NCBI GenBank assembly: GCA_022710485.1
Contig: JAKLGU010000002.1
Span: 2,682 to 66,681, forward strand
Direction: 5' to 3'
Length of the DNA stretch: 64,000 nucleotides
From: Gemmatimonadota bacterium
GTDB lineage: Bacteria; Gemmatimonadota; Gemmatimonadetes; Gemmatimonadales; GWC2-71-9
Shown here: positions 54,739 through 63,840 of the stretch, piece by piece
Layout: every line of letters starts with the position of its first letter
Numbering within the stretch: the stretch's first letter is position 1
The notes under the pieces: generated by a model
The model's database searches: none
Seen by the model: the letters and a program-made list of their open reading frames with translations, nothing else
What the model was told of the DNA's origin: nothing
Position numbers and translations under genes: made by a program

Positions 54739-55653
54739 ATGCTCCCGATTGACCTTCGCGGCAAGCGCGCCTTCGTGGCCGGTGTCTCCGACGACGGCGG
54801 CTTCGGCTTTTCGATCGCCAAGTCGCTCGCCGAGGCCGGCGCCTCGGTCTGCCTCGGCTCGTGGCCACCGGCCCTCGGCATCTTCCAGAAGCTGCTCGAG
54901 CGCGGCAAGATGGACGCCTCGATGGCCCTCTCCGACGGCCGCAGGCTCGAATTCGAGAAGATCTACCCGCTCGACGCCGCCTACGACTCGATGACCGACG
55001 TCCCCGCCGACATCCGCGAGAACAAGCGCTACAAGGACCAGGGCGACTTCACCATCCAGGGCGTCGTGGAGCAGTTCAAGAAGGACTTCGGCGACAAGCC
55101 GCTCGACATCGTGGTGCACTCGCTGGCCAACGGCCCCGAGGTCAAGAACGAGCTGCTGGACACTTCCCGCAGCGGCTACCTGACCGCCATCAGCGTGAGC
55201 GCGTACAGCAACGTCTCCTTCGTCCGGAACTTCGGCCCGCTGATGCGAGAGGGCGGCTCGTTCCTGTCGCTCACCTACATGGCCGGCGAGCGGGTCATCC
55301 CCGGCTACGGCGGCGGCATGAGCACCGCCAAGGCCGCCCTCGAGGCCGACACCCGCACCCTTTCCTACGAGGCGGGCCGGCGGTTCGGCATCCGGATCAA
55401 CACCATCTCCGCCGGTCCGTGGGCCTCGCGCGCCGCGTCGGCCATCGGATTCATCGACATGATGATCGAGTACTGCGCGAAGAACTCCCCCCTGCCCCGC
55501 AAGATGGAACCGACCGACGTGGGGAACGCCGCGGCCTTCCTCGCGAGCCCCATGGCGGCGGCCATAACCGGCAGCGTGGTGTACGTGGACAACGGGTACC
55601 ACGCCATGGGCATGGCGGTGTCGCCCGAGGCGCTCAACACGCCGATGGGTTGA
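54739..55653 (+). CDS. fabI: Enoyl-[acyl-carrier-protein] reductase (NADH), long plant/cyanobacterial-type FabI
   Basis: GKRAFVAGVSDDGGFGFSIAK and PGYGGGMSTAKAALE (Tyr/Lys catalytic pair), plus an insertion after the first beta-alpha unit. Confidence 0.9.
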   Translation: MLPIDLRGKRAFVAGVSDDGGFGFSIAKSLAEAGASVCLGSWPPALGIFQKLLERGKMDASMALSDGRRLEFEKIYPLDAAYDSMTDVPADIRENKRYKDQGDFTIQGVVEQFKKDFGDKPLDIVVHSLANGPEVKNELLDTSRSGYLTAISVSAYSNVSFVRNFGPLMREGGSFLSLTYMAGERVIPGYGGGMSTAKAALEADTRTLSYEAGRRFGIRINTISAGPWASRAASAIGFIDMMIEYCAKNSPLPRKMEPTDVGNAAAFLASPMAAAITGSVVYVDNGYHAMGMAVSPEALNTPMG

Positions 55654-55657
55654 CCCC

Positions 55658-56335
55658 GTGTTCATCGGCCACTACGGGATGGCGCTGGCTCTCAAGCGCG
55701 CGGAACCGAAACTGTCCCTCGGCACCCTGTTCATCGCGGTGCAGCTGGTGGACATCGCCTGGGGTGCCACGATCCTGCTCGGCCTCGAGCGGGTCCAGAT
55801 CCACCCCGGCTGGACCGCCGCCACACCGCTGCAGTTCGTGTACTACCCGATCACGCACAGCCTGCTGGCGGCCGGCCTCTGGGCCGCCGCCGCCTCCATC
55901 GCCTGGTACACCTGGCCCACCAAGGACACCAGCGGGCACGGCCGGGCGGCGCTGATCGTGGCACTCGCCGTCGCGTCGCACTGGTTCCTCGACCTGGTGG
56001 TGCACGTGCCCGACCTCCCGCTAGCCGGCAACGACAGCGCCAAGTTCGGCTTCGGGCTCTGGAACAGCATTCCCCTCACCTTCACCGTCGAACTGGCGCT
56101 CCTCGGGATCGGCCTCGCACTGTACCTCCGGGGCGGCAGCCGAAATCACCCCGTGCGCCGCGGCTGGGCCGTCGGCTTCGCCGCGGTCCTGGCCGCGGCG
56201 TACATCGCCACGACCCTGGGCCCGCCCCCACCGAGCGTGCGCGCCATCGGCATCAGCGCAATCGCCATGCTCCTGACGCTCGCCGCAGTTGGCGGGTGGA
56301 TCGACCGCGGTCGGTCCACCCGCGCCACCCGATAG
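55658..56335 (+). CDS. Hypothetical polytopic membrane protein
   Basis: Six to seven hydrophobic helices with conserved-looking His residues (MFIGHYG, ITHSLL, ASHWFLDLVVH). GTG 55658 lies 4 nt after the fabI stop. Confidence 0.6.
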   Translation: MFIGHYGMALALKRAEPKLSLGTLFIAVQLVDIAWGATILLGLERVQIHPGWTAATPLQFVYYPITHSLLAAGLWAAAASIAWYTWPTKDTSGHGRAALIVALAVASHWFLDLVVHVPDLPLAGNDSAKFGFGLWNSIPLTFTVELALLGIGLALYLRGGSRNHPVRRGWAVGFAAVLAAAYIATTLGPPPPSVRAIGISAIAMLLTLAAVGGWIDRGRSTRATR

Positions 56336-56345
56336 CGGCCGCGCC

Positions 56346-56717
56346 ATGGACCAGCGGTTCTTCCGGCTGGGCGCCCTCTCGGCGTTTATTGCGGTGGCGG
56401 CCGGCGCCTTCGGCGCGCATGCGCTGCGCGCCCGGCTCGACCTCGGCATGCTGGCCGTCTTCGAGACGGGGGCACGGTACCAGATGTACCATGCGCTCGC
56501 TCTCCTGGCGGTCGCGTGGGCTTCTGGCCGCTGGCCGGGCAGGCTCACCTCGATGGCCGGGTGGTGCTTCGTGGCGGGGACGGTGCTCTTTTCGGGGAGC
56601 CTCTACGCCATGGCCCTGACGGGGCACCGCGCCCTCGGGGCCATCACGCCGCTGGGCGGCGCGGCCTTCCTTGCCGGCTGGCTCTGCCTGGCACTCGGCG
56701 CTCGACGCGGCGCATGA
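56346..56717 (+). CDS. DUF423 (YgdD-like) small membrane protein
   Basis: AFIAVAAGAFGAHAL..GARYQMYHALALL..GTVLFSGSLY is the pattern of DUF423. Confidence 0.75.
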   Translation: MDQRFFRLGALSAFIAVAAGAFGAHALRARLDLGMLAVFETGARYQMYHALALLAVAWASGRWPGRLTSMAGWCFVAGTVLFSGSLYAMALTGHRALGAITPLGGAAFLAGWLCLALGARRGA

Positions 56718-57340
56718 CGCCCGAGGCCGAGCGCTACCGCATCCTCCTCGAATCGCTGGATGCCTGGCACGCGGCTGCAAAGCTGCGCCACCCGGGCGCC
56801 ATTCCCTGCCGGGTCGGTTGCACCGCCTGCTGCCATGGCCCCTTCGACATCTCGGTCGCCGACGTCCTCCTCCTTCGTGACACCGTCAACGAATTGCCTG
56901 CAGCTCGGCGCGAGGCCATCATGGCGCGAGCGAGTGCGGCGGCGGCGCGCCAGCGGGCGCTGGCCCCGGACTGGGAAGCGCCGCACGACGTCCGCGCCCT
57001 GGGCGAAGGTCGATTCGACGCGCTCTGTAACGCGCTCGGTGCAGAACCATGCCCATGCCTGGAGGAGGGGGCGTGCGCGGTGTATGAAGGGCGGCCCACT
57101 GTCTGCCGGCTCATGGGGCTCGGGCTGGAGTCGCCCGACGGCCGTGTGCTCCCGAACGGCTGCCCGATCCAGTCGGAATTCCCCGCATACAGGGCGCTCC
57201 CGGCGCAGCCTTTCGACCTCGCGGCGTTCGAGGAAACAGAAGAGGCCTGCCTCGTGGAGGCAGGCCTCGTACTGTTCGGCTCGGCGGAGGCGGCGGGGTA
57301 CGAGACCACCATCGCCCTGGCGCTGGGGGAGCCGACCTAG
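56714..57340 (+). CDS. YkgJ/UPF0153-family Cys-rich (zinc/iron-chelating) protein
   Basis: CRVGCTACCHGPF cysteine cluster plus distal CPCLEEGACAVYEGRPTVCR. An ATGA overlap joins it to the DUF423 gene. Confidence 0.65.
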   Translation: MTPEAERYRILLESLDAWHAAAKLRHPGAIPCRVGCTACCHGPFDISVADVLLLRDTVNELPAARREAIMARASAAAARQRALAPDWEAPHDVRALGEGRFDALCNALGAEPCPCLEEGACAVYEGRPTVCRLMGLGLESPDGRVLPNGCPIQSEFPAYRALPAQPFDLAAFEETEEACLVEAGLVLFGSAEAAGYETTIALALGEPT

Positions 57341-57663
57341 ATACCCCGGTCGTGGAAGCCCGCCAACCTGCCTCGCAAATCCTTCGGCTCCACTTGAACC
57401 ACTTTCCCCATCAAATCGATCCAGATCGTGACCGACCTGGCCCCGGGGATCATCGTGGGCCCGAAGGAAAATCTCCAGACGCGCGGACGCCCCGGCAGGT
57501 CAGGATCGCCCTTCCAGAGCAGTTCCTGCGACCGTTTCCCCATCTTGGGTGGAGGCGCGCCCAGCATCGTGCCGACGGCCGAGTAGGCCGCGACGTAAGA
57601 CGCCCCGATCAGCAGCGCGCCGATGAAGGCAGCGATGGCCAGGTACCACAGGAGCCGTGCCAT
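57337..57663 (-). CDS. Hypothetical small membrane-anchored protein (108 aa)
   Basis: N-terminal TM helix LLWYLAIAAFIGALLIGASYVAAY. It starts 38 nt downstream of the M20 peptidase gene. No motif was recognised. Confidence 0.45.
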   Translation of the reverse strand: MARLLWYLAIAAFIGALLIGASYVAAYSAVGTMLGAPPPKMGKRSQELLWKGDPDLPGRPRVWRFSFGPTMIPGARSVTIWIDLMGKVVQVEPKDLRGRLAGFHDRGI

Positions 57664-57701
57664 GTAACCCTCCGGGCGGGGGTTGTTCGGCCGCCGCCCG
57701 C

Positions 57702-59096
57702 TCAGCGAGCCAGCTGCTCCACGATGCGATAGTAGAACTCCACCCCGAACCTAACCTCCGGGACCGGTACCCGCTCGTTGTTGCCGTGGACGGTGGCCGA
57801 GATCTCGTCGGTGGTCCGCCACGACTCGATCCCGTAGGCGTCAATACCGAGGGCGCGATAGTCGTACGAGTCGGTGTAGCCGGTCAGCATCTTCGGCAGG
57901 ATCAGGGTCCCGGGGTCCATGGCGGCCACGGCGTCGGTGAGCGCGTCGAGGACGGGTCCCTGCACCGGGGACGACCGCGCCGCGCGCAGCTTGGACAGCG
58001 GCGTGATCTCGACCGTGGTGTCGCGGATAACGGCGCGGAGTTGCGCCAGGAAATCCTCCGGGCGCTGCCCCGGCAGGAGGCGCACGTCGAGCTCGGCGGA
58101 GGCCTCGGCCGGAATCACGTTGGTGTTGGTGGATCCGCTGAGGACTGTGATGGTCACCGTGTTCCGGAGGATGGCGTTCTGGTAGCGGTCAGCGGTGAGC
58201 CACGCGACGGCCGCCGAGTCCTTGAGTGCCGCCGCCGGGGCCGCGAGCCAGGCGCGATAGGTCGGATTCGCCTCCCGCGTGGCCAGGGCCTTGAGGTACG
58301 CCTCGGCGGGTGGGGTCAGCACCAGCGGAGTCTGCCAGTCGGCGATGCGCCCCAGGACACGGGAGAGGCGGAGCGCGGCGTTGCCCGGAGTGGGCTGGCT
58401 GCCGTGGCCGGGCTGACCCCTTACAGTGAGACGCACCCAGTACGGCACCTTCTCGGTGGCGTCGAGGCCGTAGTACTCGGTCCGGCCGTCCGCGCCCATC
58501 CGGTTCTCGCCCCCTTCGTTCAGCAGGAACTCCGCGTTCCGGAGCAGGTCGGCGTGATGGGTGGTGAACCAGACCGAGCCGGTGGAGCCCTTCTCCTCGT
58601 CCGCGTTGGCGACCAGGATGAGGTCGCGCGAGAGCGCCACGCCGCGCCGCTTGAGCGCCACCATCGTGGCCAGTTCGATGATACCGAGCCCCTTGGTGTC
58701 CTGCGCTCCCCGCCCCCAGACCGCCCCCTCCGCAATCACGCCGCTGAAGGGCGGGTAGCGCCACCGCGCCGAATCCGCCGGCACGACGTCGATGTGGCTG
58801 AGGAGCACCAGGGGACGCCGTGCGCCGGTGCCCGGCAGCCGGGCCACCAGGTTCCCGCGACCCGGCTCCGACTCGAGGATCTCCGACGTAATACCCTCCC
58901 GCGCGAGGACCGCCTGCAGGAATTTCGCGCCCTCTGTTTCGTTGCCGGGCGGGTTGACGGTCCGGATGCGGAGGTACTCCTGCAGCCAGGTCGTCGCCTC
59001 GGCGGCCAGCGCGTCGAAGTTGGGCGGTTTGCTTCCCTGCGCCCGGGCGGGGACGTTGGAGAGCAGGAGCAGGAGACACGCGAGGAGAGCGCGCAT
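57702..59096 (-). CDS. Secreted M20-family metallopeptidase
   Basis: Signal peptide MRALLACLLLLLSNVPARAQ, HIDVVP, GRGAQDTKG, ADEEKGS and a C-terminal VHGNNERV. Confidence 0.85.
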   Translation of the reverse strand: MRALLACLLLLLSNVPARAQGSKPPNFDALAAEATTWLQEYLRIRTVNPPGNETEGAKFLQAVLAREGITSEILESEPGRGNLVARLPGTGARRPLVLLSHIDVVPADSARWRYPPFSGVIAEGAVWGRGAQDTKGLGIIELATMVALKRRGVALSRDLILVANADEEKGSTGSVWFTTHHADLLRNAEFLLNEGGENRMGADGRTEYYGLDATEKVPYWVRLTVRGQPGHGSQPTPGNAALRLSRVLGRIADWQTPLVLTPPAEAYLKALATREANPTYRAWLAAPAAALKDSAAVAWLTADRYQNAILRNTVTITVLSGSTNTNVIPAEASAELDVRLLPGQRPEDFLAQLRAVIRDTTVEITPLSKLRAARSSPVQGPVLDALTDAVAAMDPGTLILPKMLTGYTDSYDYRALGIDAYGIESWRTTDEISATVHGNNERVPVPEVRFGVEFYYRIVEQLAR

Positions 59097-59120
59097 GAGG
59101 CCTCTGGGGCGGATGACGAA

Positions 59121-59144
59121 GCGGCCCCGCCGAAGCGGGGCCGC
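59121..59144 (-). terminator. Strong GC hairpin downstream of the cytochrome oxidase operon
   Basis: Perfect 10-bp stem GCGGCCCCGC / GCGGGGCCGC with a 4-nt loop that reads UUCG on the minus strand. It lies 24 nt after the subunit IV stop. The trailing U-tract is weak (TTCGTCATCC). Confidence 0.5.
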
Positions 59145-59167
59145 GGGGCCTGCGCGGAGGCGGCGGT

Positions 59168-59515
59168 TCAGGCCGCCGGGTGTAGCAGGCGCAGGTACGA
59201 GAAGAGCAGCAGCAGCGCCACGATGAGGACGGCGGCGATGATGAGCGGGAAGACGAACAGCCCGCTGAAGATCTTGCTGTCCTGCTTCAGGTGCATGTAG
59301 AACATGGCGACGAGCGCGAACTTGGCGGCCGAGAGGATGATCAGGATCTCATTGAGCAGCGGTTGCACGAGTTCATGCAGCGGCATGCTGGGCCGGTGGG
59401 AGACCTCGAACGCCAGCACCTCGAGTGCGGTCATCACGAAGAGGATGACGGCGACCCGCAGGTAGAGCGCGGGCCCTGGATGGGCGTGTTCGTGCGTGGC
59501 GACTTGGGCGTCCAT
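59168..59515 (-). CDS. Cytochrome c oxidase subunit IV (caa3-type small subunit)
   Basis: 115 aa with three hydrophobic helices and the motif ILSAAKFALVAMFYMHLK. It lies directly downstream of subunit III. Confidence 0.7.
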   Translation of the reverse strand: MDAQVATHEHAHPGPALYLRVAVILFVMTALEVLAFEVSHRPSMPLHELVQPLLNEILIILSAAKFALVAMFYMHLKQDSKIFSGLFVFPLIIAAVLIVALLLLFSYLRLLHPAA

Positions 59516-59520
59516 GCCGA

Positions 59521-60207
59521 TCACCTCATCAGGTAGACGACGGGGAAGATCACGATCCAGACGACGTCCACGAAGTGCCAGTAGAGCGCGGCGATCTCGA
59601 GGTTGAGCGACTTCTCCGGCGGCACCTTGCCCCGGATGGCGAGGACGAGCATCGTCGCGAGCCAGATGACGCCGAGCGTGACGTGGGTGCCGTGGAAGCC
59701 CGTCAGGGTGTAGAACGACGACCCGAAGAGGTTCGTGGTGTAGCCGAGCCCCTTGTGGTAGAAGTGGTAGAACTCGTACACCTGCATGCCGATGAAGAAG
59801 AGGCCGCAGACGACCGTGGCCGAGAGCCAGCCGATCAGCTTCTTGCGGTTGCCCTGCTGGGCGCCGTTGAGTGCCAGCACGACGAAGAAGGAGCTGAAGA
59901 GGAGCACCGCGGTGCCGAAGGTGACCAGCGGGATCTCGAAGATCGGCTCGCAGGTGGTCATCTGGCCGTGCAGCATGCACTGCGAGGTCTCGTGCGGGAG
60001 CGGCCCGACGAGGCTCTCCCCCTTGTAGACGAGGTAGTTCGAGATCAGCGTCGCGAAAAACAGGCATTCCGACCCGATGAAGGTCCAGATGGCCAGCTTC
60101 CGGGTGTCGAGCCCGGTGGCCGTCGGGGGATGCAACGCGTGTGCGGTGTCGTGCGCCAAGGGACCGTCCGTCTCAGTCGTGAGTGGTCTAGTGGTCCGCG
60201 GGCTCAA
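59521..60207 (-). CDS. ctaE: Cytochrome c oxidase subunit III
   Basis: WTFIGSECLFFATLIS..FYTLTGFHGTHVTLGVIWL..ALYWHFVDVVWI. The start is uncertain: TTG 60207 overlaps the ctaD end by 20 nt. Confidence 0.85.
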   Translation of the reverse strand: MSPRTTRPLTTETDGPLAHDTAHALHPPTATGLDTRKLAIWTFIGSECLFFATLISNYLVYKGESLVGPLPHETSQCMLHGQMTTCEPIFEIPLVTFGTAVLLFSSFFVVLALNGAQQGNRKKLIGWLSATVVCGLFFIGMQVYEFYHFYHKGLGYTTNLFGSSFYTLTGFHGTHVTLGVIWLATMLVLAIRGKVPPEKSLNLEIAALYWHFVDVVWIVIFPVVYLMR

Positions 60208-62020
60208 ACGCCCACGAGAAGATGCCGAGCATGGTGATCGCGACGCCGAGCAGGATGACCCAGAGCGTGACGTGCATCAGGAAGCCGACCAGCGTCAGGG
60301 CGGTCCCGAAGGCGGTCACGATCGGCCAGTAGGAGGGGCTGGGAAGGTGGATCCCCTTGCCGCTCACCCGGGCCGGTTCCGGCAGGGTCCCGCCGCGCGC
60401 GCGTCGGAGCTCCCAGAGAGGATCCCGGCCGTCCACAGTCGGCTCCACCGCGAAGTTCCACTCCTGCGGCGGCGAGGGGATGGACCACTCCAGCGTGGCG
60501 CCGTGCCACGGGTCCGCCGTGGCCACCTCGCCGCTCTTGAGCGACTTCAGGATGTTCCAGATGAAGATGAGGAACGAGAAGCCGAGGATCAGGGAGCCGG
60601 CGGTCTCGACGGCGTTCCAGAACTCGAAGCCCATGCCGGCGGAGTAGGTGTACACGCGGCGCGGCATCCCGTTGAGGCCGAGGATGTGCATCGGGGCGAA
60701 CGTCAGGTTGAAGCCCAGGAACATGAGCCAGAAGTGCACCTTGCCGAGCGACTCGCTCAGCATCCGGCCGGTCATCTTGGGGAACCAGTAGTAGGCGCCG
60801 GCCGTCAGCGCGAAGATGCTGCCGCCGAAGAGCACGTAATGGAAGTGCGCCACGATGAAATAGCTGTCGGTCTGCTGCAGGTCGGCCGGCGGCGAGGCGT
60901 GCATGACGCCGGAGAGGCCGCCGATGATGAACATCGCCACGAACCCGAGGGCGAAGTACATCGGGGTCTTGTACTGGATGGACCCGCCCCAGACGGTGCC
61001 GATCCAGTTGAAGATCTTCACGCCGGTCGGGATGGCGATCAGCATGGTGCCGAGCGAGAACACCGTGTCCGCCATCGGGCCCATGCCGGTGGAGAACATG
61101 TGGTGGCTCCACACCCCGAAGCCGAGGAAGGCGATGAAGCACCCCGAGAAGACCATGGCGGCGTAGCCGAAGAGCGGCTTCCGCGAGAACACCGGCAGGA
61201 TCTCGGAGACGACGCCGAAGGCCGGGAGGATCAGGATGTACACCTCGGGATGGCCGAACAGCCAGAAGAGGTGCTGCCAGAGGACCGGGTCGCCGCCGCC
61301 GGACGGGACGAAGAAGTGGGTGCCGAAGCTCCGATCGAGCATGAGCAGCACCAGCGCGACGGTGATGATCGGGAAGGCCAGCAACAGCAGCACCTGGGTG
61401 ATCAGGCTCATCCAGACGAACATCGGCATGCGCATCATCTTCATGCCGGGCGCGCGCAAGTTGATGATCGTCACGAAGAAGTTCACCGCCGCGGCCAGCG
61501 AGGCGATGCCCAGGATCTGGAGGCCGATGATCCAGAAGTCGACGTTGAGCCCGGGGCTGAACTGCTTCGAGGTGAGGTTGGCGTAGGCGAACCAGCCCAT
61601 GTCCGGCGCGGCGTTGAACAGGAAGCTGGAATTGAGCACCAGCCCGCCGAAGAGGAACACCCAGTAGCTGTAGGCGTTGAGCCGCGGGAAGGCGACGTCC
61701 CGCGCGCCGATGAGCAGCGGGATGAAGTAGTTGAAGAACATCGCCGAGAGCGGCATCACCCCGAGGAAGATCATCGTGGTGCCGTGCATCGTGAACAGCT
61801 GGTTGTACGCCTCGGGAGAGAGGAAGGTCTTGTCCGGCGCCCCGAGCTGCCAGCGGATCAGCAGCGCCTCGAGTCCGCCAAGGAGGAAGAACAGGAAGGC
61901 GGTGACGCCGTAGAGGATCCCGATCCGCTTGTGGTCTACGGTCGTGATCCAGCTCCAGAGCCCCTTCTTCTCGGCGGGAGCCGCCTCTGCCCCGGCGTGC
62001 CCCATCGCAATCGTGGACAT
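60188..62020 (-). CDS. ctaD: Cytochrome c oxidase subunit I
   Basis: Heme-copper oxidase motifs WFFGHPEVYILILP-like (LFWLFGHPEVYILILPAFG), HHMF and VAHFHYVL. Confidence 0.95.
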   Translation of the reverse strand: MSTIAMGHAGAEAAPAEKKGLWSWITTVDHKRIGILYGVTAFLFFLLGGLEALLIRWQLGAPDKTFLSPEAYNQLFTMHGTTMIFLGVMPLSAMFFNYFIPLLIGARDVAFPRLNAYSYWVFLFGGLVLNSSFLFNAAPDMGWFAYANLTSKQFSPGLNVDFWIIGLQILGIASLAAAVNFFVTIINLRAPGMKMMRMPMFVWMSLITQVLLLLAFPIITVALVLLMLDRSFGTHFFVPSGGGDPVLWQHLFWLFGHPEVYILILPAFGVVSEILPVFSRKPLFGYAAMVFSGCFIAFLGFGVWSHHMFSTGMGPMADTVFSLGTMLIAIPTGVKIFNWIGTVWGGSIQYKTPMYFALGFVAMFIIGGLSGVMHASPPADLQQTDSYFIVAHFHYVLFGGSIFALTAGAYYWFPKMTGRMLSESLGKVHFWLMFLGFNLTFAPMHILGLNGMPRRVYTYSAGMGFEFWNAVETAGSLILGFSFLIFIWNILKSLKSGEVATADPWHGATLEWSIPSPPQEWNFAVEPTVDGRDPLWELRRARGGTLPEPARVSGKGIHLPSPSYWPIVTAFGTALTLVGFLMHVTLWVILLGVAITMLGIFSWAFEPADH

Positions 62021-62034
62021 CGGGTACCCTCTCG

Positions 62035-63150
62035 TCAGTTGCCGGCGGCGGTCATGGCGACCGCCCCCGGCGCAGGCACGACGCTGAGCGACCGGAGGTA
62101 CGCTACCAGCGCGGTGGTTTCTTCATCGGTGAGCCCGAGGTTCGGCATGAGCACCCCCACCTTCACCGCCTGGGGGTTCTTCAGCCACCGCGTCAGGTTC
62201 TCGTCGGTGTTGGGCAGCCACCCGGAGGCGATGGTGGTGCGGCTGCCCACCCCGGCCAGGTTGGGCCCGACCATCGTCGGGGCCCCCACCGCGGTGACGG
62301 CGTGGCACCCCACGCACGCCTTCGCGGCAAAGAGCTGCTGGCCCTGCGCCACGAGCGGATCCACCGCCGTGGCGGCCGCCGAGTCGGCGGGCGCCGGCGC
62401 AGCCACCGGCGCGCTGACCGCCGCGAGCCCCTCCCGCCAGGCCACGAACGCGGCGGAGTCCTGCGCCACCACCTGGAACGCCATCCGGGCGTGCTGCGTG
62501 CCGCAGAACTCGGCGCACTGCCCCGGATAGACCCCGGCAGTCTCGGTCCTGAACCAGAGCCGGTTGTCCCGGCCGGGGAAGACGTCCCGCTTGCCGGCGA
62601 GCTGCGGGGTCCAGAAGCTGTGCACCACGTCGCCGGTGGTCATGCGAAGGTCCACCGTCCTGCCGGTGGGCACGTGCATGTCTCCCGCCGTGACGAGGTT
62701 GTACTCGGGGTACCGGAACTCCCACCACCACTGGTGCCCGGTCACCTCGATCACGAGGGGATTGTCGGTCGGCACCTCGGCCGTCTTGAAGATCGTTTGG
62801 ATGGTGGGGATGGCGATGAAGACGAGAATCACGGCCGGGATGACGGTCCAGACCACCTCGAGCATCGCGTTCCCGTGGGTCTGCGCCGGCTCGGCGTCTC
62901 CCGGCTTGCCGCGGTAGCGGAAGAGCGCCCAGATGAGCACCCCTTCCACCAGGAAGAAGACGATAGTGGCCAGCTGGAAGGACCGGCGGAACACCTGGTC
63001 GAGCAGTTCCGCGAAATCCGCCTTGGGAGCCAGCGTGGTCTGCGGATACCCGTCCGGAGCGCACCCGGCCAGGGCGAGCACGGCCAGGGTGAAGCACAGC
63101 GCGGGCACCCACCGGACGACACGCCGGAGGGAGGGGAGCCTGAGGGCCAT
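62035..63150 (-). CDS. ctaC: Cytochrome c oxidase subunit II with a fused C-terminal cytochrome c domain (caa3 type)
   Basis: Lipoprotein-like signal LAVLALAGC, CuA site HSFW..CAEFCGTQHARM, and C-terminal heme motif CVGCH. ATG 63150 is preferred over TTG 63195. Confidence 0.9.
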   Translation of the reverse strand: MALRLPSLRRVVRWVPALCFTLAVLALAGCAPDGYPQTTLAPKADFAELLDQVFRRSFQLATIVFFLVEGVLIWALFRYRGKPGDAEPAQTHGNAMLEVVWTVIPAVILVFIAIPTIQTIFKTAEVPTDNPLVIEVTGHQWWWEFRYPEYNLVTAGDMHVPTGRTVDLRMTTGDVVHSFWTPQLAGKRDVFPGRDNRLWFRTETAGVYPGQCAEFCGTQHARMAFQVVAQDSAAFVAWREGLAAVSAPVAAPAPADSAAATAVDPLVAQGQQLFAAKACVGCHAVTAVGAPTMVGPNLAGVGSRTTIASGWLPNTDENLTRWLKNPQAVKVGVLMPNLGLTDEETTALVAYLRSLSVVPAPGAVAMTAAGN

Positions 63151-63172
63151 TCCGTTCGTCCTGTTCAGCGAT

Positions 63173-63233
63173 AAATGCGGGAGAAGAGCGGCCAAGCAGC
63201 CCGCATTTTACCGTCCAGAAGCCCCCGCGTCAA
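63173..63233 (-). promoter_or_regulatory. Near-consensus promoter TTGACG-N17-TAAAAT for the cta operon, overlapping a 9-bp inverted repeat
   Basis: On the minus strand the -35 is at 63233-63228 and the -10 at 63210-63205. The inverted repeat is AAATGCGGG (63173-63181) and CCCGCATTT (63200-63208) with an 18-nt spacer. The -10 overlaps the upstream arm. Confidence 0.55.
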
Positions 63234-63345
63234 TGAATCAGGCCCCCGAATCCCGGCCCGGGAGGTCGCCCATCCCGGCCTGCAGGCATATTCTTTCAGT
63301 CGCGACCCCGTCGCCGCCACTCCATCACCGGGCAAGGAGCGATCC

Positions 63346-63828
63346 GTGACACCCGCCGAACGGGAAGACTGCATCCGCCGCTACGCCGAGGGCCCCGAAC
63401 TCCTCGCGAAGGCCCTCGCTTCGGTCCCTGGGGAGGCGCTCCAGTGGCGCCCCGCGCCGGGCAAGTGGTCGGCGCACGAGGTCATCATCCACTGCGCCGA
63501 CAGCGAAACCAACAGCCACATGCGGATCCGGTACCTGGTGGGCGAGACGGACCCGACCATCGTGGGCTACGACCAGGACCGTTGGGCCACCACGATGGAC
63601 TACCACGCCCACCCGATCGCCCCGGCGCTGGCGACGGTCGCGGCGGTCCGGGCCAACACGGTGCCACTGCTCCGGCGGATGACCGCCGAGCAGTGGGGCC
63701 GCCGGGGCCGGCACACCGAATCGGGAAGTTACGGGGCGGAGGAATGGCTGAAGATTTACGCCGAGCACCTCGAGATCCACGTACGGCAAATCGAGCGGAA
63801 CCTCGAGGCATGGCGCAAGAGGAAATAG
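63346..63828 (+). CDS. DinB-family (DinB_2) metal-dependent protein
   Basis: WSAHEVIIHCADSETNSHMRIRY..YAEHLEIHVRQI four-helix His pattern. GTG 63346 is preceded by AAGGAG. Confidence 0.8.
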   Translation: MTPAEREDCIRRYAEGPELLAKALASVPGEALQWRPAPGKWSAHEVIIHCADSETNSHMRIRYLVGETDPTIVGYDQDRWATTMDYHAHPIAPALATVAAVRANTVPLLRRMTAEQWGRRGRHTESGSYGAEEWLKIYAEHLEIHVRQIERNLEAWRKRK

Positions 63829-63840
63829 GGCTGCGGACGC

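Noticed and set aside
60077-62530. 817-aa plus-strand ORF across ctaD/ctaC
   Set aside because: It is antisense to cytochrome oxidase subunits I and II, which are unmistakable. Its translation is an Arg/Glu/His/Asp-rich artefact.
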